A stretch of DNA of 64,000 nucleotides from an uncultured Clostridia bacterium. GTDB lineage: Bacteria; Bacillota; Clostridia; Christensenellales; Borkfalkiaceae. Within the stretch, counting starts at the first letter, position 1. Every line of letters starts with the position of its first letter. The stretch is taken from the NCBI GenBank assembly GCA_964468085.1, contig CAYXTN010000002.1:12-64011 (forward strand), in the 5' to 3' direction. Position numbers and translations under genes: made by a program. A model generated the notes under the pieces. The model made no database searches and had not been told where the DNA came from. It was given only the letters and a program-made list of their open reading frames with translations. Below are positions 1 to 10,698 of this stretch, piece after piece.

Positions 1-3000
1 GGCTTTTTGCAGAGCATTGAGGGTATATGGGATTATACCGCAGGTGGATTAGCTGACCTTTTCGGGGCGCACGATTGGGCGGAAAAGCAAATTGCTAACG
101 ATTGGGTAAATTACGGACACGCAGACGAGTGGTTTAACCCGTCTCAGGGGTGGCAAGTTGCAGGCGATGTTATGGGCGGTATCGGTACCAGCTTGCCTGC
201 TATCGCTACGGTTGCCGCTGCCGCCGCCATAGCGTACTTTTCGGGCGGCACTCTGGCTCCTGTTGCGGCAGGTATGATAGGCGGCGTTGTTGCAGGCTTA
301 GGTGCCGCAGGTACGGCGACGAAAGAGGCTTACAGGGAGACAGGACAGCTCACGGGTAAAGAGTGGGGCTACGGTACCCTCTCTGGCTTTACTGAGGGCG
401 CAATGGAGGGCGTTTCTGACGCTATCGGCTTTGGTGTCGGCTCCATTGCCAAAAACCTTGCAGGGAGCACGGCGAAAGCGAGCGCAAAAGCTGTCGGCAC
501 TCAGGTTGCAAAATCCGCCGCCCGTCAGACTTTCGGAAAGACGATATTAAAGAGCTTTTTAAGTGAGGCGTTCGAGGAGGGCGTTCAGGAGTTGCTGGAT
601 CCCGTATGGAAACGCATTACTTACGATCCTAACGCCGAAAACGCTACTTTCCAACAGGTCGCTTATGCGGCTCTCGTCGGCGGTCTCAGCGGCGCAATAA
701 TGGGCGGTGCAGATGTCTCCGTGCGCAATGGTATTAACTATTTCCACGGCAGTAAAGTAAACGCAAACGGCGGCGTAAACGGCGTTATAAGCCTCGCAGA
801 GGAAATCGCTCGTACAGAGGGCGTAAATCAGTCTGGTAACGCTCAGGTTGAGTTTGTCGTTGATACTCTCAACGAGTTACAGGAAAGCCTGAAAAGCACG
901 GGCGGAGAGGTTAAGACGGCAAAACAGAAAATGCTTGTCGGTATGCTCAGTAAAGCAAACACAGCAGCTCCGCTTTCCATCGTCGTACATCAGAACGCAG
1001 ACGCTATCATAGCAGACGCAGAGACTACCGTAAAACGCCTTAACGACATCGGCTACAAAACCTCTAAGGGCGAGGCTATTACCGTTGAAATGCTGTTAGA
1101 CGGCGTTAAAGGTGAAAGAGGTACCACTGAATACCGCAAATCTATCTCGGAGGCAATGCGTACAAATGAGGCGTTGCGTTCCGTCGCTGTTATGTCGGCG
1201 GCAGGACAGCTCAATATGGACGCTGCCAGATTCCAGCAGTCCACGCTCAGGGGCGAGCAGTTGTTTAATCAGTCCGACCTCAACCACTTTGTCGAGACCG
1301 CTACGGAGGCTCAAAAGCGTGATGTCGGAGAGCGTCTTGGTATTACGGATTGGGCTACCGTTACGGCGGACGAATTAAAGAGCCGTATCGTAGAGTTTTC
1401 TACCAACGGCGGTATGGATCAATACATAAACGAGCGCAACGAGATTAAAAAGCTCTCCCAGCTTGAAATATCGAAAAAGGGCTTGCCTAAATATGTGGGC
1501 TCTATCAAGCAGGACGGAGCCGTGCGCTATAAGTTTGGCGACGCAAGCGTGGCTATCGTCAAGAACGGCGACACCTACCTTGTGTACGACTACGCAAACG
1601 ATGTTGCCTCTAAGCCTCTTACAAAAACGGAGGCAAACAGGGTTATAAAGGAAATCTACGCCGCCTCCGTACAGAGTGCGACGGATTCCAACATACAGAC
1701 AAAAGCACAACAGGAGACGCAACAGCTTGACACTTTCGCTCGTGAGAATATCCCCGACTATAAAAAGCTCGTGGGAGCGCAACAGCAGGCTGTCAGACAG
1801 ACGCTGAGGCAGGCGAGAGCGGCAGGTGTGAGTGAGGCAGACCAAATCCTCTACGCAAGTGTTGCGGCTCGCTCAGGCATAAATATCGAGTTTGTGAGCG
1901 CAGAGGAGCTGGGCGAAAAAAATGCAGACGCTGGGTATAGGCTGAGAGATGGTAAAATCCTTGTCAACCGTGAAATAGCGAATAATCCTAAGGCTCGTAC
2001 AGCAGCGAAAATCCTGTTGCACGAGTTTACTCACGGAATGATACACAGAGGGTATGCCGTAAAGGGTAAAAAAGGCAACCAACACCTCGAAAACAAAGTG
2101 CTCAATGACTTTTTCACTACCGCTATAAAGGGCTTGTCCGTAGAGCAACAGGTGGAGATTTTAACGCCGTATATCGAGAGGCACGGTGTAAAAATGCAAG
2201 ACTTTCTCGATGGCAAGGTTGACATAAGCGTTGATACCTATATTGAGCTCAGAGAGGAGCTTGCGGCGCACTTTGTAGAGAGGGAGCTCGGCAGCTCCGC
2301 CGCCCTGCAAAGGATTATCTCTGACAAGCCCTCGTTTAAGGATAAACTGCTGTCGTTCCTGAAAAGAGCTAAGGCGGATTACAGCTCAAATGAGAAATTG
2401 TCTCGTGCGGCAAACGCTTTGCTCAAAAAGTATCAGAAATTCTTTAATCAATACTCGTCGCAAAACAGGTTTAGTCCTACTGTTGCGAGCGACCTTTCCG
2501 CTTATCAGCGCACCCAGACGACGGAGGCGGCGGAGACAAGGCTTGCGTTGTCCGCCTCCGAGTTTGAGCATACACTTGATAATCTCGATTCTTTCAAATC
2601 GGTTGACGAAATAAAGTCTTATTTTTCTGATGTTCACGAAATGATTAACGGAGAATATTACGGCTCTCCGCACACAATGGCGGAACTCAACGAGCAAATA
2701 AGAAAGAGAGCCGAAAAGGTTATGCAGGCGTTAAACCTCGAAAAGGAGGCTATATCTCAGTGGCGCAAAAAGCATAGCCATAAGAAAAAAATCGACCTTA
2801 CAACTAAGGCGCAAATTGAAGCGATAGATAAGCAGTACCAAAAAGCCATTAAAAACAATGACCTTGAAACGGCAAGACGCTTAGTGGAGCAGATGGCTAT
2901 TCAAAAGGGTTATTCCGTAACGGATTATAGGATAGATCATAGAGCACCTTGCGCTGACGGCTCTAACGCAAGCCTTGACGATGTTAGTTCTATGTTTGGA

Positions 3001-6000
3001 GAGGATATTTACAGCGACAAGGCGGCTCGGTATTTTGGTACCTATGAGGGTTTTGACGCTGAGAGTATTCGTTATATTCAGCAGGCGAAAGGCAAGCCTA
3101 ATGGCACCGTAATAGCGTATAGGGCTGTTCCTGTCAGTGTAAAGTCAGACCAGATACGAAACGGGGATTGGATAACGCTAACCCGTCAATATGCGGTCAA
3201 CCACGGCGAGTCAAATATTATCGGTAATTATCGCATAATCCACAAAAAGGTTAGAATAGCCGATGTTTACACTAATGGAGACTCTATACACGAGTTTGGA
3301 TATGACGACGGTAAGCAGTATTTTTATAGAGATACCGTCAATTTTAGAAAACTTGCCGATACTATAACCTTTGACGACGAGGGAAATCCCATCAGACTCA
3401 AAGATAGGTTTAATTACAGGAATAGTGATATAAGATACGCTCTTTCGCCTATGACGGAGGAGCAGTACCGCTTTGTGTCTAAGCTCTCTGTTGTTGAGGC
3501 AACGCAGACGGAAAATAGCCGTTATAGTGTTTACTGTGAAAACAATAGCGGTCTGTTGGAATATGAGGCAAGCGGTTTAACCTACGAAAAGCTGGCAAAG
3601 TATTTTGGCGGCGAACTTGCTACGGAGATAACGCTCAGAGCAACCGAAACAGGAAAGACGGTTAAAGTTTTGCGTGATACTCTTGCGCCTATCGTTGATA
3701 GATATAAGTCATTAAGCAATATCACGCCAGATATTTATAAAATAGCCAAAAAGGAGTTTGGTACCACAACCAATGTGCAGGTCGCAGGATATATCAACCT
3801 CGACGGCACTATGCTCGACTTTGGAGGCGGCTACGATTACCGCCTGTTAGATCATAGAGACATATCGTCAATTATGAGTGAATTGTCTGGCACTCAGGCT
3901 ATGAACGCATACATAGCGCAGGGCAACATACGAATAATGCCCGAATCTCCGTCCATCGAGCTTGACTATCAGCACGAGCCGACAGCAAAACAGTACACGA
4001 CTATCCGCAAGGCGTTAGATACACTGCTCGCAAAGTTAGATACTTACGGTAAATTCTATTTGGAATTTAGTAACGCCAACTCCTCTGTTGATAGTAGAGA
4101 GTATGGGCGTAATACACCGACAGGTAAAATCATTTCTGATATTCAGTATTTCTATAAAAATGGAGTATTGCCTCAGCAGTCAGAGCTGAGCAAATTCCGT
4201 TACGCCTTGCCGACAAGCGATTCTCAGGGGCGCACTCTTACGGCGGAGCAGAGAGCATTTTTCAAGGACACTATGGCTGTGGACGAGAACGGGCACCTGT
4301 TGACGGTTTACCACGGCACTCGTAGCGGAGAATTTACTGTATTTGAGCACGGGAAAGGTACAAAAAATGACGCAGGTTGGCTCGGAGAGGGATTTTATTT
4401 CTACGGAGACGAACACGAGGCGTCAATCTATGCAATGGGCGGCGGCAGGGTAGTTGAGGCTTACTTAAATGTAAAAAATCCCTATTACGCTACCGAGCAA
4501 GAATTTAATAGACTTGCTGAACTTGACAACGAGATAGAATCTCGCAAATTTTCCGATTCTCTCAAAGCTGAGGGCTACGATGGGGTATATTACAACGGTG
4601 ATTTACGGCAGGAATGGGTTGTTTTTGATTCTAACCAAATTAAGCTCACAAGCAATGAGAATCCATCGCTTAACGCTGATATACGCTACGCTTTACCTGA
4701 AACCGATTCGGCAGGTAAAACTCTTTCCGAACAGCAACGCAGATTCTTTAACGATAGCAAAATCGTTGACGAGCAGGGGAGATTACTGCCTGTTTATCAC
4801 GGATCCCCGAAAGCAGGTTTTACTGTCTTTAATACGAGCTTAGAGGGCTCTTATTTCACCGCAGATGAACAGTATGCTCAGGAATATGCGAGAGGCGACA
4901 AGAGCAAAGTATATTCGGTATATTTGAACATCAAAAAACCGTTTGATACCCGTGATACCGCCGCCCGTAAGATATTCGAGAAAGAGTTTTACGGAAAATG
5001 GGGCAACGGTGCTCCTCTAACCGCCAGAGGTTTGCTTGATTGGACGGACGGCGCAGATATGTACGACTTTTTGCAGGAAAAAGGGTACGACTACGACGGC
5101 ATTATAATTGACGAGGGCGGCGTTCCTGACGCAAACAGCGGAGTGCGTGATAGGGGTATAAGCTATGTCGCTTTCTCTCCTGAACAAATTAAACAAACAA
5201 CAAACCTTGCGCCGACCAGTGATAGCGACATAAGGTATGCGCTCAATACCAAAACTGCCTCCGATGGCAGAAAACTTACAGCAAAACAGCGTCAATTTTT
5301 CAACAATACGGTTGCGGTTGACAGCGACGGTAAATTAAGGGTGGAGTACCACGGTACGGACGCTCAGTTTTACACTTTCCGTAATCAGGGGCAGAATAGC
5401 AGGCAGATGTACGGCGTAGGATTTTACTTTACGCCTTACGAGGACGAGGCAATGGGCTACGGCAAGCGTGTCGTTAAAGCCTTTCTCAATATTCAGCAGC
5501 CTATCATTTACGGCGAAAAGCATATTACAGAGGCTCAGTGGGCGCAATACCTTGACTACTGCAAAGAGCACGCAAACGAATATGTGGAAGGCGTATGGAA
5601 AGGTAACAGCATAACATCTTTCGATTACAGAGATGTTATAGATGTCAAAAATGATAGCGTCCTTGTTACGGAGTTTGTAAACCACATATCTGGCGGCAGT
5701 GGCGATGTTGCAGTTGCGTATTTGCGTATGCTTAGAGATAGTTTAGGCTATGATGGCATACAGCGTGGAGAGTACCTTATTGCATTTACGCCTGAGCAGA
5801 TTAAAAAAATAACGAATACCGATCCTACCAGCAGTGTTGATATGCGCTATGCGCTTTCCAATCACGACGCTAACCCTGAAATAGATCCTACCGAGTCCGA
5901 CAACAGCGGAGCCATCGGCGGATTAACCAGAGGGCAGAGAGCTAAGTTTGTGGCGAATAATACCAAGTTTAAGGTGTATTCTAAGCTGGACGCAGTGAGC

Positions 6001-9000
6001 GTCATTGACTCTATCGTTGCCGAGCGGCTTACGCTCCGAGACGGGCGTTATGAGGGCATATTAAGCGGCAAGAATAGGGCAGAGGTAATCGAAAAGCTGT
6101 TTACTAAGCTCAACAGTACACCTGAGGGCTACCGTATAGGTGTTGCGTTGGATATTGCCGACTACATCATAAACAACGCAATCCTGACCGATATGTACGA
6201 GACCTATAACGACGACTCGTATGCTATGGGTGTTTTGTCGGTTATGCGCCACTATATGCACGGTATGGATTTAAGCGGCATACAGAGCGAGATTCAATAC
6301 AAATTCGATAAGAAAAACAGCATAAACCTCGTCTGGGGAGCCAAACAGGACGGTATTGCACCTGATGTGGTTGCTCAGGAGTTAGAGGGCTACGGAATAC
6401 ACATCGAGGCTATAAACGAGGCAGAGCAGTTTTTTGAAATGCTGGAACTCTACGAGAGCGCAAAAGAGCAGGTAAACAAAAGAGTTGAAAAAATTATGCT
6501 TACCGCCATCGGTAGCCAGAGCGAGATTGAGCAGTTAAGGCAGCAGATCGCTCGTGATGTGCTTATGGCATACGACAAAAAAGGTACCAAGTCTAAGTAC
6601 GCTAAGCTCGTTGAGCAGTACACCAACAAAATAGCTAACCTCAAAAAGGATCTGAGCACGGCTTACAAGCGCAACACGCTCACCAACAGAATAATCGACG
6701 GGGCGGCTTATTTGCGTGATATAGCCACTAAGCGCAATTATGTGGGGGCGGAGATTTTTGCGGCTCCTGAACTTACATCGTGGCTCAAACAGCTTGGTAA
6801 GATAAAATACCGCTCCGACCTGCGCAAGTCTGGCGTTCGTAAAATCCTGCTCGACTACGGGCTGTTTTACAACACGAATAATGCGCTGCTGTACGACGAG
6901 AATCCCGACCTGAGCTACATCGACAATAATGTAATCGACGCTCTTAACTTTATCAGACAGAACGCCCTCAGCACTAAGCCTCTTTCGATGGAGGAATTGC
7001 AGGCGGCGGAGATTATTATTGCCTCGGCAAAGCACCTTTTCAATAACTACGATCAGGTGATTATTGAGGGTAAAAAGGCGAAAATTACCGACCTTGCCAC
7101 TGAGGGCAACGAAATAATCAAAAAGACTAAGAACAGGACGAGCAAGGGCTTTTTCAACCAGATTTACGGCGTATTCAACAAAATAATCGAGCCTCGTGTG
7201 GTAATAAAATCGTTGGAGAACTTTAACCCTAACGGCATACTTACACGAGCGTACAACGAGGTTACGAGGGGCGAGACGGAGGCAGGACTACTTTACATCG
7301 AGCTCACAAACGACATCGACACTTACATTAAGCAACACAGGCGTTTCAAAAATCGCCTCAGCTCGCAATATGTAACGGTTGCAGGAGCCGAGCTTACCGT
7401 GGGGCAGGCAATATCCCTCTACGAACTTTCTAAGCGTCCGCAGGCGCAGGAGGGTTTGTACGAGTCTGGATTTAGCTATATCGACAAAAAGGGCAGTAAG
7501 CAGACCGCTCACATTACGGAGGCGGATATTACTGCGATGTACGACGCTTTCACGGACACCGACAAAGGATTTATCGAGCTCGTAGAGACATTTTTCAATG
7601 TTGCAAGTAAGCAAGTCAAGACTGACGCTGATATGCAGATTTTGGGCTATACAAACACCTCAGAGGAGTTTTATTATCCCATCAAGCGTGATAGCGGAAC
7701 GATTGCAAAAAATATCACCGACGCTCGATCCATAATGTCGGATTGGGCGAATGTGTATAACTTTTCTTTCAACAAAGATGTTAAGACGGGAGCCAAAAAT
7801 AAGCTCTTTGTAACCGATGTTTATAGCGTCCTTACACGCCACGCAAAGCAGCTCTCGACCTACGCCAGAATGACGGTGCCGCTCAAAAATTTCAGCCAGA
7901 TATACGCAAAGAATATAGGCGATAAGACGAATGTCGTAAGCATACGCAACACCATCAATGAGCAGGTATGGGGCGGTGCAGAGGGCTATTTAAGCAAGCT
8001 ATTCTCCGATATTCAGGGCAGAGCTACCAGTAGCTCCATCATTGAGAAAATGAGGGGCGCATACGCCAAATACCAGCTCGGCGCAAATCTCAAAGTCATT
8101 GTTTCTCAGATAACATCTTATCCGACAGCAGGCATAATGCTCGATACGGGCGTAATGGCTAAGGGCTTTGTTATGAAAACGAATTGGGCGGCGATGGATA
8201 AATACTGCCCGTATGCTCGTGTGCGTAACTACGAGCGTGGTATAGTCAAGGCGGAGGGCGTTATCGACAAAATAGGTAAGGTTGGCGATGTACTCACTAA
8301 GCCTATACAGTGGACGGATAGATTTACGATAGGTAGGCTCTGGAATGCTTGTCAGTTGCAGGTACAAAAAGACACGGGGCTCAAATTCGGCTCCGTGGAG
8401 AATATGCAAAAGGCAGGCGTTATGTTGGAGGAGGTTATTCGCCTCACGCAGCCGAACTACACAAACACGGAACGCTCGGAGCTTATGCGTTCAGACAGCG
8501 ACCTCGTAAGGAGCTTTACGATGTTTACCTCCGTGCCGCTCAAACAGCTTTCGAGGCTCGTTGAATCGTTTGGAGAGTTTAACGCCCTGCGTTCGCTCAT
8601 AAAGAGCGGAGACACAGACGCTACGCTCGCTCAGCGTTATAAGCTGGCAAAGAAAAAGCTGCGCAGGACGCTCGCCTCCGTAACGGTTGCAAACCTGATG
8701 TATGTGCTTGTCGGACAGTTTTTCAAATTCCTGTACAACAATATGGCAGAGGACGACGAGGAGGGCAAGGTTACGGCAAAATCCGTATTCCTTGATATGC
8801 TCAAAGACTTTGGCAGCACGACGATAGGTATGCTCCCCATCGTAAGGGATATATACAGCTATTTCGTTGACGGTTACGAAATTAACAGCTTTACGGCAGA
8901 TATGCTCAACAGCATAATCGGATCCACAAAATCGTTATTCGAGCTGGCGCAAAAGGCGGCAAGCGGAGAGGAGATCTCCACGCAGGATTATATGTCGATT

Positions 9001-9888
9001 TTCCGCAATTCGATTTACGCCATAGGGCAAGTTACGGGCATACCGTTTAGGAATATCAATAACACCATTACGGGGCTTGTAAAGCGTTTCAGCCCGTCTG
9101 CGGCGTACTCTTACACATCGCTTTTCTACAACCATAAGTACAGCACCGACATAAAGGACGCTCTCAAAAAGGGCGACTATGAGCTTGCAGAGACGATTAT
9201 GGGAATGATGTTGAAAGACGATAGGACGGGCGGTTTAAGCAGTAAGGCGACGAGAAAGCTCATTGAGTTGTACGACGCAGGGTTTACCGTTCTGCCTAAG
9301 AGCATAGGCGACACACTCACATACGAGGGTGAGACAATCCAGCTCACGGCGGCGCAACGGAAAGAGTTTAAGACGGTGTACAGTCAAGCAAACGCCGAAA
9401 TCGAAAAGCTGGTAAACAGTGCAGAGTTTGCGTCTCTCCCTGCCGAACAGCAGGCTAAGGCAATAAAGCTCCTGTACGACGCTTATTACAGCAAGGCGCA
9501 AGCCACCGTATTAAAGGTGCCGACAGACAATAAAATTATTATGCTTAACAGCGCAATATCCGCCTCCGTGCTGGCTACTCATTTGGCGGCAATATCCACC
9601 ATCGAATCAGACACCGACAAAAAGGGTAATGTAATCAACGGCTCCAAAAAGGCTAAGATTATCAAGTATGTAATGGCGCAAAAGCTCTCGATGGCGCAAA
9701 AACTGTTGCTTATACTTGCCTTAGGTTATACTATCAAGGACGGCGATATAAGGGGTGTTTCCGCCGCCAAAGCCAAGAGTACAGTTGCTCGTTACATAAC
9801 CAACCTTAAACTCTCGAAAGAGGAAAAAACCGCCCTTGCCGAGAAATGCGGCTTGACGGTAAAAAACGGACGGATATACGCCAGATAA
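1..9888 (+). CDS. Giant polyvalent-type virion/effector protein, more than 3,290 aa and 5'-partial because the ORF is open at the window edge. It has a Gly/Ala-rich hydrophobic N-region, a zincin-like HExxH domain, several effector-like modules including three tandem ART-like modules, and a long helical C-terminal region.
   Basis: There is a single uninterrupted frame-1 ORF from base 1 to the stop at 9888. An HEFTH motif lies at 2020-2034. Five [DS]x[IFM]RYAL linker motifs occur at aa 1143, 1398, 1560, 1743 and 1947. Three modules each carry YHG[TS]..F[TY][VT]F, then G.YF[YT], then GYDG[VI]. The gene sits immediately upstream of the capsid module. Confidence 0.85.
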   Translation, partial: GFLQSIEGIWDYTAGGLADLFGAHDWAEKQIANDWVNYGHADEWFNPSQGWQVAGDVMGGIGTSLPAIATVAAAAAIAYFSGGTLAPVAAGMIGGVVAGLGAAGTATKEAYRETGQLTGKEWGYGTLSGFTEGAMEGVSDAIGFGVGSIAKNLAGSTAKASAKAVGTQVAKSAARQTFGKTILKSFLSEAFEEGVQELLDPVWKRITYDPNAENATFQQVAYAALVGGLSGAIMGGADVSVRNGINYFHGSKVNANGGVNGVISLAEEIARTEGVNQSGNAQVEFVVDTLNELQESLKSTGGEVKTAKQKMLVGMLSKANTAAPLSIVVHQNADAIIADAETTVKRLNDIGYKTSKGEAITVEMLLDGVKGERGTTEYRKSISEAMRTNEALRSVAVMSAAGQLNMDAARFQQSTLRGEQLFNQSDLNHFVETATEAQKRDVGERLGITDWATVTADELKSRIVEFSTNGGMDQYINERNEIKKLSQLEISKKGLPKYVGSIKQDGAVRYKFGDASVAIVKNGDTYLVYDYANDVASKPLTKTEANRVIKEIYAASVQSATDSNIQTKAQQETQQLDTFARENIPDYKKLVGAQQQAVRQTLRQARAAGVSEADQILYASVAARSGINIEFVSAEELGEKNADAGYRLRDGKILVNREIANNPKARTAAKILLHEFTHGMIHRGYAVKGKKGNQHLENKVLNDFFTTAIKGLSVEQQVEILTPYIERHGVKMQDFLDGKVDISVDTYIELREELAAHFVERELGSSAALQRIISDKPSFKDKLLSFLKRAKADYSSNEKLSRAANALLKKYQKFFNQYSSQNRFSPTVASDLSAYQRTQTTEAAETRLALSASEFEHTLDNLDSFKSVDEIKSYFSDVHEMINGEYYGSPHTMAELNEQIRKRAEKVMQALNLEKEAISQWRKKHSHKKKIDLTTKAQIEAIDKQYQKAIKNNDLETARRLVEQMAIQKGYSVTDYRIDHRAPCADGSNASLDDVSSMFGEDIYSDKAARYFGTYEGFDAESIRYIQQAKGKPNGTVIAYRAVPVSVKSDQIRNGDWITLTRQYAVNHGESNIIGNYRIIHKKVRIADVYTNGDSIHEFGYDDGKQYFYRDTVNFRKLADTITFDDEGNPIRLKDRFNYRNSDIRYALSPMTEEQYRFVSKLSVVEATQTENSRYSVYCENNSGLLEYEASGLTYEKLAKYFGGELATEITLRATETGKTVKVLRDTLAPIVDRYKSLSNITPDIYKIAKKEFGTTTNVQVAGYINLDGTMLDFGGGYDYRLLDHRDISSIMSELSGTQAMNAYIAQGNIRIMPESPSIELDYQHEPTAKQYTTIRKALDTLLAKLDTYGKFYLEFSNANSSVDSREYGRNTPTGKIISDIQYFYKNGVLPQQSELSKFRYALPTSDSQGRTLTAEQRAFFKDTMAVDENGHLLTVYHGTRSGEFTVFEHGKGTKNDAGWLGEGFYFYGDEHEASIYAMGGGRVVEAYLNVKNPYYATEQEFNRLAELDNEIESRKFSDSLKAEGYDGVYYNGDLRQEWVVFDSNQIKLTSNENPSLNADIRYALPETDSAGKTLSEQQRRFFNDSKIVDEQGRLLPVYHGSPKAGFTVFNTSLEGSYFTADEQYAQEYARGDKSKVYSVYLNIKKPFDTRDTAARKIFEKEFYGKWGNGAPLTARGLLDWTDGADMYDFLQEKGYDYDGIIIDEGGVPDANSGVRDRGISYVAFSPEQIKQTTNLAPTSDSDIRYALNTKTASDGRKLTAKQRQFFNNTVAVDSDGKLRVEYHGTDAQFYTFRNQGQNSRQMYGVGFYFTPYEDEAMGYGKRVVKAFLNIQQPIIYGEKHITEAQWAQYLDYCKEHANEYVEGVWKGNSITSFDYRDVIDVKNDSVLVTEFVNHISGGSGDVAVAYLRMLRDSLGYDGIQRGEYLIAFTPEQIKKITNTDPTSSVDMRYALSNHDANPEIDPTESDNSGAIGGLTRGQRAKFVANNTKFKVYSKLDAVSVIDSIVAERLTLRDGRYEGILSGKNRAEVIEKLFTKLNSTPEGYRIGVALDIADYIINNAILTDMYETYNDDSYAMGVLSVMRHYMHGMDLSGIQSEIQYKFDKKNSINLVWGAKQDGIAPDVVAQELEGYGIHIEAINEAEQFFEMLELYESAKEQVNKRVEKIMLTAIGSQSEIEQLRQQIARDVLMAYDKKGTKSKYAKLVEQYTNKIANLKKDLSTAYKRNTLTNRIIDGAAYLRDIATKRNYVGAEIFAAPELTSWLKQLGKIKYRSDLRKSGVRKILLDYGLFYNTNNALLYDENPDLSYIDNNVIDALNFIRQNALSTKPLSMEELQAAEIIIASAKHLFNNYDQVIIEGKKAKITDLATEGNEIIKKTKNRTSKGFFNQIYGVFNKIIEPRVVIKSLENFNPNGILTRAYNEVTRGETEAGLLYIELTNDIDTYIKQHRRFKNRLSSQYVTVAGAELTVGQAISLYELSKRPQAQEGLYESGFSYIDKKGSKQTAHITEADITAMYDAFTDTDKGFIELVETFFNVASKQVKTDADMQILGYTNTSEEFYYPIKRDSGTIAKNITDARSIMSDWANVYNFSFNKDVKTGAKNKLFVTDVYSVLTRHAKQLSTYARMTVPLKNFSQIYAKNIGDKTNVVSIRNTINEQVWGGAEGYLSKLFSDIQGRATSSSIIEKMRGAYAKYQLGANLKVIVSQITSYPTAGIMLDTGVMAKGFVMKTNWAAMDKYCPYARVRNYERGIVKAEGVIDKIGKVGDVLTKPIQWTDRFTIGRLWNACQLQVQKDTGLKFGSVENMQKAGVMLEEVIRLTQPNYTNTERSELMRSDSDLVRSFTMFTSVPLKQLSRLVESFGEFNALRSLIKSGDTDATLAQRYKLAKKKLRRTLASVTVANLMYVLVGQFFKFLYNNMAEDDEEGKVTAKSVFLDMLKDFGSTTIGMLPIVRDIYSYFVDGYEINSFTADMLNSIIGSTKSLFELAQKAASGEEISTQDYMSIFRNSIYAIGQVTGIPFRNINNTITGLVKRFSPSAAYSYTSLFYNHKYSTDIKDALKKGDYELAETIMGMMLKDDRTGGLSSKATRKLIELYDAGFTVLPKSIGDTLTYEGETIQLTAAQRKEFKTVYSQANAEIEKLVNSAEFASLPAEQQAKAIKLLYDAYYSKAQATVLKVPTDNKIIMLNSAISASVLATHLAAISTIESDTDKKGNVINGSKKAKIIKYVMAQKLSMAQKLLLILALGYTIKDGDIRGVSAAKAKSTVARYITNLKLSKEEKTALAEKCGLTVKNGRIYAR
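2020..2034 (+). other. HExxH (HEFTH) zinc-metallopeptidase signature inside the giant protein
   Basis: The translated context is AKILLHEFTHGMIHRG. It is in frame at aa 672 of the window ORF. Confidence 0.6.
4198..5844 (+). repeat. Three diverged tandem protein-level repeats (4198-4683, 4684-5232, 5233-5844), each an ART-like module bounded by RYAL linkers
   Basis: The three modules align by eye: RYALP.SD..G..LT..QR.FF.D....D..G.LL.VYHG.....FTVF...G.YF.......A..Y......V...YLN[IV]..P....GYDG.......E.....F...QIK. Confidence 0.75.
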
Positions 9889-9893
9889 GAAAA

Positions 9894-9919
9894 GGGGCTG
9901 CCATTCACACGGCAGCCCC
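9894..9919. terminator. Bidirectional intrinsic terminator hairpin between convergent genes
   Basis: The stem is ggggctgcc / ggcagcccc (9 bp) with the loop attcacac. It is flanked by A-rich sequence on the left and T-containing sequence on the right. Confidence 0.7.
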
Positions 9920-9924
9920 TTAAA

Positions 9925-10698
9925 TTATTGGTCGGTTATGTCTCCTTTAATATACCCATTTTCGACACACCATTTTAGCAATATTCGTTTTATAATGTCA
10001 AAATCATTGTTTGGAATAAGAGATACTGTATATTCGTTTATGTATTGAGCAAGCAATTCGATTATTTCAGCCTTTTGGCTTTCAGTAGGTGTTATCCTTG
10101 CATTTTGCTGTATTGAGTCCTCAACAAAACAAATATGATAGAGAGTAGCAGCAAGAACACTGCTTGTGTGTTCGTGTGCTGAAAAGGGGAATTTCTTTAT
10201 TATAGAGGATATTTCAACCTGTATTTTATCCTTGTACACACAAAAGGAATCTTTTAGTCCATAAAGTGTAGATAAATCCTCAGCGCATTTAAGTAATTTA
10301 TTTGCGGTTTTTTCTAACAGCTTTTTGTTTCTGCGCTCTACTGTTTTTTTGCTCGGCTCGTAGTCGTCGTATGTCTGCGGAATGAGCCCGATAAACGCTA
10401 TCACAAAGCCAATACCAAAACATAAACTTTGAAACAGGTACGAAATAAAGCGTAAGTACGGAACGCAGGCGATGGGAAACAGTATTGTGATTAATACTAA
10501 TTCTACGAGAACTATGCAGGAGTAAACGAGCCAAAACGGAAATACCCACCATATCAACAGCCAATACCACCAACCCCCACCGCAAGCGATGTTAAACAAA
10601 AATGGTATTTGCTCCGTAAACATTTGCTTAACTCGGTTTTTGTAGCTTGTTGCTCCCCTTACAGGTATAGGGAAAGTTACGGGGGTTTCCAGCCTCAT
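9925..10698 (-). CDS. Opposite-strand membrane protein of 257 aa with a Trp-rich multi-TM N-terminal half and a soluble C-terminal domain; a moron-like gene
   Basis: A GGAGG motif lies about 9 nt upstream of the ATG; its reverse complement reads atcggaggatttattATG. Hydrophobic segments include GGGWWYWLLIWWVFPFWLVYSCIVLVELVLITILFPIA and LCFGIGFVIAFIGLI. The DNA is clearly more AT-rich than the flanks, and this is the only minus-strand gene in the phage arm. Confidence 0.75.
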   Translation of the reverse strand: MRLETPVTFPIPVRGATSYKNRVKQMFTEQIPFLFNIACGGGWWYWLLIWWVFPFWLVYSCIVLVELVLITILFPIACVPYLRFISYLFQSLCFGIGFVIAFIGLIPQTYDDYEPSKKTVERRNKKLLEKTANKLLKCAEDLSTLYGLKDSFCVYKDKIQVEISSIIKKFPFSAHEHTSSVLAATLYHICFVEDSIQQNARITPTESQKAEIIELLAQYINEYTVSLIPNNDFDIIKRILLKWCVENGYIKGDITDQ

